Positions 58,113 through 64,000 of a DNA stretch of 64,000 nucleotides are shown one piece after another. The notes beneath the pieces are model-generated. The model was given only the letters and a program-made list of their open reading frames with translations. It ran no database searches and was not told the DNA's origin. Location: contig CAVZMI010000015.1 of assembly GCA_963776275.1 (NCBI GenBank), positions 110,984 through 174,983 of the forward strand, written 5' to 3'. Numbering within the stretch: the first letter of the stretch is position 1; every line of letters starts with the position of its first letter. A program made the position numbers and the translations under genes. This stretch comes from Ignavibacteriota bacterium (GTDB lineage Bacteria; Bacteroidota; Ignavibacteria; UBA10030; CAVZMI01).

Positions 58113-60299
58113 ATGGTTAACAAACTTGTACAAATAGCTCTTCCGGTCCCTGTCGACAAACTTTTCACGTACCTGGTTCCGGATGAGCTTGAACCTTCAA
58201 TAAGTATAGGTTCCCGGGTGCTTGTTCCTTTCGGAGCGAAGTACATGAGCGGGATTGTCGTAGGATTTACTGCTGAACGCCCGCAGCAGGCGCTCAAACC
58301 TGTTCATGATATTCTGGATGCAGTTCCGATTTTTTCCGAAGAACTGCTAAATCTCTGCCGGTGGATCGGTAAATACTATATCGTCCCGCTTGGTGAAGTG
58401 CTCCGAACCGCTACACCGCAAGGATTATCGCTTGAGAGTAAGCGCAAAGTTACTCTTCTTGCAGAAATCGATGATGAGCAGCTCCGCTCGATGCAATCCG
58501 CATCGCGCCGCAAAGCGGAGATTCTCCGTGTTCTCCGTCGTTCTCCGAACCAGACCGCTTATCAATTGAAAAAAAAGGTCGGGGCAAAGAATATTCATGC
58601 CATACTAACCGATCTTGCGTCGCAAGGACTGGTAAAGGTTGAGGAAGAAATACCAGGTCAGGTCGTCCGTCCGAAACGGCAGCGTTTCGTTGTGATCGAT
58701 CCTGAAGCAAGAAGTGGATTGCAGATACAAATTGCACAGCTATCACACAGGTCACCGAAACAGGCAGCCCTTCTCTCGACTATTCTCAACCTTGGCACAA
58801 TTACAACTGAACCATTAAGCGTGAAAGAGTTGCTACTGCAATCACATGCCCCGTTTTCCTCCTTGAAGGGACTAATGAAATTTGGTGGATTGAGTATTGT
58901 CGAACGCGAGGTAATTCGTAGCGTGGAATATTTGCCGGAAGAACAAACAGCATCAATCGTTCTTAACTCATATCAACAGCAATGTCTCGAACAGATTTCC
59001 GGTGCAATCCGGGCCGGAACATATAGAGCTTTTCTTCTTCATGGTGTTACCGGGAGTGGTAAAACGCAGGTCTATATCGAAACGATTCGTGAAACTCTCG
59101 CTCAGGGAAAGACTTCAATCGTTCTCGTACCGGAAATCTCGCTCACTCCGCAGACAGTCCGGAGATTTAAAACGCATTTCGGCGACGATGTGACCGTTAT
59201 GCATAGCCGGATGTCTGTCGGTGAGCGGTACGATTCATGGCGGCTTCTGCATGCAGGAAAATGCCGGATTGTGATCGGACCGCGATCCGCTATTTTCGCT
59301 CCGATGAAAAACATCGGGCTCATCGTTGTAGATGAAGAGCATGAATCATCTTATAAACAATATGATTCAGCGCCGCGCTACAATGCACGCGATGTCGCAG
59401 CCGTGCGTGCACTGCAATCAAAAGCTGTTGTTGTGTTCGGTTCGGCAACGCCCTCTGCCGAATCTTATGCAAATGCACTCGGTGGAAAATATACGCTCCT
59501 TGAGCTGCCCGAGCGGGTCGACAACGCAAAACTCCCTTCGGTTACAATTATCGATATGGTGGAGGAACGGAAACGCGCCCATCTCGAGTGGCTCGATGAA
59601 TTGAAACGGGAAAAAACAAAACAGAAGGAAAAGAAATGGATCGAACGTAAATTCATATTCGGTTCGGTTTCACGGCCGCTGCAGCAGGCAATCGAAGAAC
59701 GTCTCCGGCGTAAGGAAGGAATCATTCTCCTGCAGAATCGTCGCGGGTATTCACCCTTTGTTGAATGTCTCGAATGCAAACATGTCGAGAAGTGCAATCA
59801 CTGCGCCGTAACTCTCACCTATCATAGTACGAAGAAACATATGCGCTGCCATTATTGCGGTCATGTGCGTTCTGTACCGCACGAATGTCCCGTATGCGGG
59901 AGCAAAGATATTTTACTCCAAGGTGTCGGGACGCAGCGTGTCGAGGAAGAACTTGCAGCATTGTTCCCCTCGGCGAAGATTCTGCGGATGGATCTCGATA
60001 CGACATCAAGAAAAGGCTCTCATGTCCGGCTCCTTCAGAAATTCGGCAGCGGGGAAGCCGATATTTTGCTCGGTACGCAGATGGTGGCCAAGGGGCTCGA
60101 TTTTCCCCGCGTCACACTGGTCGGTGTGATTTCAGCCGATACACAGATGCTGCTTCCCGATTTCCGCTCATCGGAACGGACATTTCAACTGTTGACTCAG
60201 GTTGCCGGCAGGGCGGGACGAAGCATACTATCAGGCGAAGTTACTGATTCAAACATACCAATCCGACCATTTCTGTCTTGCCCATGTCGTGGATCATGA
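58113..60299 (+). CDS. priA: primosomal protein N' (replication restart helicase), main part
   Basis: GVTGSGKT, VPEISLTPQ, DEEH, SATP, NRRG, CxxC zinc motifs, GTQMVAKGLDF, QVAGRAGR. Confidence 0.96.
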   Translation: MVNKLVQIALPVPVDKLFTYLVPDELEPSISIGSRVLVPFGAKYMSGIVVGFTAERPQQALKPVHDILDAVPIFSEELLNLCRWIGKYYIVPLGEVLRTATPQGLSLESKRKVTLLAEIDDEQLRSMQSASRRKAEILRVLRRSPNQTAYQLKKKVGAKNIHAILTDLASQGLVKVEEEIPGQVVRPKRQRFVVIDPEARSGLQIQIAQLSHRSPKQAALLSTILNLGTITTEPLSVKELLLQSHAPFSSLKGLMKFGGLSIVEREVIRSVEYLPEEQTASIVLNSYQQQCLEQISGAIRAGTYRAFLLHGVTGSGKTQVYIETIRETLAQGKTSIVLVPEISLTPQTVRRFKTHFGDDVTVMHSRMSVGERYDSWRLLHAGKCRIVIGPRSAIFAPMKNIGLIVVDEEHESSYKQYDSAPRYNARDVAAVRALQSKAVVVFGSATPSAESYANALGGKYTLLELPERVDNAKLPSVTIIDMVEERKRAHLEWLDELKREKTKQKEKKWIERKFIFGSVSRPLQQAIEERLRRKEGIILLQNRRGYSPFVECLECKHVEKCNHCAVTLTYHSTKKHMRCHYCGHVRSVPHECPVCGSKDILLQGVGTQRVEEELAALFPSAKILRMDLDTTSRKGSHVRLLQKFGSGEADILLGTQMVAKGLDFPRVTLVGVISADTQMLLPDFRSSERTFQLLTQVAGRAGRSILSGEVTDSNIPIRPFLSCPCRGS

Positions 60300-60669
60300 T
60301 TTCAAAGCTTTCTATAAAGAAGAACTGTATCACCGTCAGGAACTTCACTACCCGCCATTTTCACGTATCATCCTGATCGAGTTTAAAGGTGAGGATGAAA
60401 CCGAAGTAGAGAAGCACGCACGAACGTTTCTCGGAATTTTCCGTCAGACGGACGGCCGGTGTGAAATTCTAGGTCCGGCCCCGGCAGCAATAGCCAAGAT
60501 CAAGAATAATTATCGCTGGCATATCATGATTAAAGATTTAAAACGAAGCGATCCTTCAGGCGGTTCATTGCAGTCATTGCTCATGGGTGTCACTCAAAGA
60601 TACAACGAGCTCTTGTCATCCAGAAAAGTTCAGATGACCATCGATGTCGATCCGCAGGGAATGATGTAG
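60202..60669 (+). CDS. priA: PriA C-terminal fragment (frameshift near 60240)
   Basis: IQTY, YPPF, GPAPA, IDVDP. Confidence 0.88.
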   Translation: MPAGRDEAYYQAKLLIQTYQSDHFCLAHVVDHDFKAFYKEELYHRQELHYPPFSRIILIEFKGEDETEVEKHARTFLGIFRQTDGRCEILGPAPAAIAKIKNNYRWHIMIKDLKRSDPSGGSLQSLLMGVTQRYNELLSSRKVQMTIDVDPQGMM

Positions 60670-60792
60670 GAGAGAAAAGGAAAAAGTAAAAAGGAAAAAT
60701 TAAAAAAGGAAAAAGTGAGAGTTGAAAAGGAGTGGGGAGGTTGAAAGTTAGGAAGTTTAAAGTTGAAAGTTACTAAATGCAAATTCAGTAGC

Positions 60793-60906
60793 GTGCAGAT
60801 AAGATATGCTGAAAAGCTCTCCAGAGAAATAGGAGCATTCATCTCCTATCTCAAGAGGGCGCCTATCAAAGGTAAGAAATTCTCAAAACTGAAACCTCTA
60901 ACTTAA
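60793..60906 (+). pseudogene. remnant of a four-helix-bundle (23S rRNA IVP-like) gene between inverted short-repeat tracts
   Basis: YAEKLSREIGAFISYLKRAPIKGKKF resembles the family C-terminus; flanked by aggttgaa-type and ttcaacct-type repeats. Confidence 0.55.
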
Positions 60907-60980
60907 AAACCTTAAACATCCCAACCTTAAACTCTTCAACCTTCAACCTTAAACTTCCCAACTTTAAACTCTCTAGCCTT

Positions 60981-62389
60981 TCACTCTCTCCTATCCAGCA
61001 GCGATCGCACCGCCTGTGCGAGCGATGCAATCTGAAACGGCTTCTGCAGGAATTCGACACGTGAGAGAGTAAGAACCGACTGTACATAAATTTCTCGTGA
61101 GTAACCGCTGGAAATTAAAATTCGAATCTCGGGGTTAATAGCACGAAGCATCGGAATAACGTCGATTCCCCCCAACCCCGGCATATTCATATCCAGAATC
61201 ACCAGCTGTATTGTCGATGAGTGCTCGCGGAAAAGCTTGAGCCCCGAAACCCCGTCTTTTTCTGCAAGTACGGTGTAGCCGCGGGTTTCAAGGACTTCAC
61301 GCGACAGATTGCTGATATCTTCTTCATCGTCGATCACAAGGATTGTCTCTGTCCCGCGGGAAGCATCGACTGTCGGGAGATGTTCTTTGTGTGCACGATT
61401 TGTCCCCACCGGCAAAAAAACCCGGAAAGTCGATCCTTTACCCGGTTCGCTCTGCACGGTTATAAAGCCGCCGTGGTTGCGGACAATGCCGTAAACAACC
61501 GCCAATCCCAATCCTGTCCCGCCGCTCTCCTTTTTTGTTGTGAAATAGGGTTCAAAGATCTTTTTCTGAATTTCCGGTACCATCCCTGTTCCGGTATCGT
61601 TGACGCTTATTGACACGTAAGTTCCGGCTTTTGCATCAAACGTGTTACTGATGTCGCGCTGGCTGAGAGCGACCTGGCGGGATTCGATTGTGAGGACACC
61701 GCCGCCGGGCATAGCATCACGCGCATTCACGCAAATATTCAATAAAACCTGATGGATTTGTGTCTCGTCTCCTTCGATCGACGATATCGATGATTCGAGT
61801 GCCGTCCGGATCTGAATACTTTTATCGATAGTTCGTCCGAGCAGACGAATAACGTCGTGCACGGTCTTGTTTGGATCGACGGCTGTAATTTTATATTTTC
61901 CACCGCGCGCAAAAGCAAGTAGCTGCTGTGTAAGTTCTCCGGCTCGTTCGGCCGAACGCTCGATCGTTGCGGCATGTTGAGTCAGTTTTTTATCAATATG
62001 CTGCAAGGAATTTTTCAGGAGTGTGGCATATCCGAGTATTGCTGCTATAATATTGTTGAAATCATGGGCAATTCCACCGGCCAGATTCCCGATGCTTTCC
62101 ATTTTCTGACTCTCGATCAGCCGGTTCATGAGCTGTTCCTGATGTGTGACGTCGCGCTGGACACCCCATATGCTAAAGAGTTTGCCGCCGACGATTTCGG
62201 TGGTATAAGAGTTCTCAAAATGGTGGACGACACCAAATCGGTCTTTCTCAATTGTAGGGATGTTGCTGACAACAAATCCGTTTTCAATTAATGTCTGTGT
62301 CCGGCGGATGTGCGCTTCGCGGTCGGCAACAACATCGGGACTTTCTGATTCATAAATTTTACCGGAGTGTCGAATCCATACATGCGGGC
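60981..62389 (-). CDS. hybrid sensor histidine kinase/response regulator (PAS-HisKA-HATPase-REC), 5'-truncated
   Basis: LAGGIAHDFNN, NARDAM, DTGTGM, GTGLGL, IDDEE, LDMNMP, KPF. Confidence 0.92.
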
Positions 62390-62469
62390 GAGTACGGTGT
62401 TTGCTTCGACAAATTTTCCTTTTTCTAGAATCCATTCCGTGTTTGTTGTGTATCAACACTTAGATGGCG

Positions 62470-62565
62470 GTGAGGAAATGTGGGTTCGTCCAACCACAAT
62501 GTTTCTTGAAGGAGATAGAAGTCGATGGTAAAAAAATTCCAAGATTTAAATATATAAAAGAATGA
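62470..62565 (+). CDS. DUF1653 family C-terminal fragment
   Basis: MWVRPTTMFLE..IEVDGKKIPRFKYIKE (one indel). Confidence 0.6.
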   Translation: MRKCGFVQPQCFLKEIEVDGKKIPRFKYIKE

Positions 62566-62978
62566 AAATTGCGATTATTTCCGATACCCACGATAATATG
62601 GCTAACATCAGGAAAGTTATTGGTTGGCTAAATAAAGAAAAAATCAGCCTGGTTTTCCATTGTGGAGACATCACAAGACCGGAAACATTAAACGAAGCCA
62701 GAAAACTTTTTAAAGGGGAAATAAAAGCCGTCAGAGGAAATGGGGATATTGCTTTAGAAAACTTGCCGGAAACAGAAGAATTAGAAATTAACAACAAAAT
62801 TATTGCCTTTACTCATTTTAAAGAACCTGCCATAGAATTATGCAAGAGTGGGAAGTATAATTTAGTTTTTTACGGCCACACCCACAAGCCTTGGATGGAA
62901 GAAATAAACGGCTGCCGCCTGGCAAACCCCGGGCGAAACAGCCGGCCAATTTTACAAACCAACCTTTGCCGTTTATGA
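62562..62978 (+). CDS. YfcE/MJ0936 family metallophosphoesterase (C-terminus frameshifted)
   Basis: ISDTHDN, HCGD, RGNGD, FTH, GHTH, NPG. Confidence 0.9.
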   Translation: MKIAIISDTHDNMANIRKVIGWLNKEKISLVFHCGDITRPETLNEARKLFKGEIKAVRGNGDIALENLPETEELEINNKIIAFTHFKEPAIELCKSGKYNLVFYGHTHKPWMEEINGCRLANPGRNSRPILQTNLCRL

Positions 62979-63075
62979 TATTGAGAAGGATAAATTAGAA
63001 CTAAAAATCATAGAACGTCTGGGTATTGATTAATTGGCCAGAATGGTTATAATAAAAAGTACTTTTTAATTTCTC

Positions 63076-63447
63076 ATGAAACAGAAAAATTTAATTTTTA
63101 TCGGTATTGTGCTTCTGGCTTTTTTGGCCGGGACTTTTGTTTTCCCCGACTATTTTAACAAAGGGGTAGATTTTTTGAATAAAGAAGCGGGTTTTGGCTT
63201 CCTCATTTTTGGACAAAACCTTTCAGGTTGGGCCTTGATTTGCAGGGAGGGGTAAGTTTAATTTACGAGGCTGATTTAAGCAATATCGGCGATAAGAGCA
63301 AATCAGAGGTGATGGCGGGTTTGAGAGACGTTATAGAAAGAAGGGTTAATCTTTTCGGCGTTACTGAGCCGTTAATACAGGTGGCAGGGGGAAAACAGAT
63401 TGATTGTTGAGTTGGGCTGGAAGTAACCAGATGTTGACGAGGCTATT
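63076..63447 (+). CDS. secD: protein translocase subunit SecD, N-terminal fragment (indels, truncated)
   Basis: LGLDLQGG, IERRVNLFGVTEPLIQ. Confidence 0.85.
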
Positions 63448-63450
63448 AAA

Positions 63451-64000
63451 TCAGTGGCACTCGGTGCATCCCCTGGCCGCGGGCTTCATCGCGGCGTGGC
63501 CGGGCCGCTGCAGCCCCCGGCCAGCGGGGTGGCGCACACCATCGGCGGAGGCGTCGAGGGCGACGTCGGGGGGACACCGCGTGGTCGTCGGGCTCGCCGG
63601 CCTTCGTGCGGGCGCGCGCGCCCGGAGGGGCAGATGGAGAGGGCCTTCCGTGGGACGACTCTCTCTCACGGTCGGTGAGGGTCGCGGTGGACGGCGTGGT
63701 GGTGGCGCGCGCCACCTTCGGCGACCCCGTGCGCGTGGACGCCGCCGCCGCGCTCGCGGCCCCTGCGGGCGCGCGGCTGGCGGCTCGGAGCTGCTCTCGG
63801 GCGACGAGCCCCGCGTGGTGCGCGCCGTCGGGGCGACGCTCGGCCTCCCCGCCGACGCCTGCCGGGGCGGGGCCGGCCCCGAGGACAAGCTGCGCTTCAT
63901 CGAGGCGGCGGCGCTCGAGGGGCCGGTCGTCATGGTCGGGGGACGGGGTCAACGATGCCGCCGCCATCTCGCGCGCCACCGTGGGCGTCGGGATGCACGG
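63451..64000 (+). CDS. heavy-metal P1B-type ATPase, internal fragment (very high GC, indels)
   Basis: Own translation: SVHPLAAGF, SGDEPRVV, PEDKLRFI, VMVGDGVNDAAAISRATVGVGM. Confidence 0.8.

Noticed and set aside
13269-60669. About 15 split genes (A2M, cusA, ccmF, GH9, CotH, waaA, priA and others) as pseudogenes or programmed frameshifts
   Set aside because: They include normally essential or conserved genes, show single-base shifts with intact motifs on both sides, and share no slippery signal. This is most consistent with uncorrected long-read indels.
63446-63979. Minus-strand 160-177 aa Arg/Pro/Ala-rich ORFs
   Set aside because: Shadow ORFs of very high-GC DNA; the + strand carries the P-type ATPase motifs

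Overview
About 62.4 kb of a bacterial chromosome from the FCB group, most like Ignavibacteriota/Bacteroidota (PorU sortase, several NYPNPFNP-type T9SS C-terminal domains), followed by about 1.6 kb of apparently chimeric sequence (an AT-rich DUF1653/phosphoesterase/secD fragment, then a very GC-rich P1B-ATPase fragment). Many genes are split by single-base indels, most simply explained as long-read errors. Core content: metA, an RsbU-like phosphatase, a TPR-obgE-FecCD operon, alpha-2-macroglobulin/pbpC/lipocalin, a Cus-type heavy-metal RND efflux locus with Cys-rich neighbours and ccmF, porU, a GT9-waaA-larC operon, priA and a hybrid histidine kinase. Between porU and tRNA-Leu (about 35.9-54.1 kb) lies an accessory zone built around tRNA-Met(CAT). 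It holds four tandem tRNA 3'-end remnants, AT-rich cargo, attC-like sites, heptamer tracts and many nested palindromic mini-elements. The most striking feature is a second, nearly intact tRNA-Met copy (44421-44704) cut into six pieces by five hairpin insertions, two of which recur at the same positions in another tRNA remnant (38708-38852). All calls come from reading motifs by eye; no searches were run.
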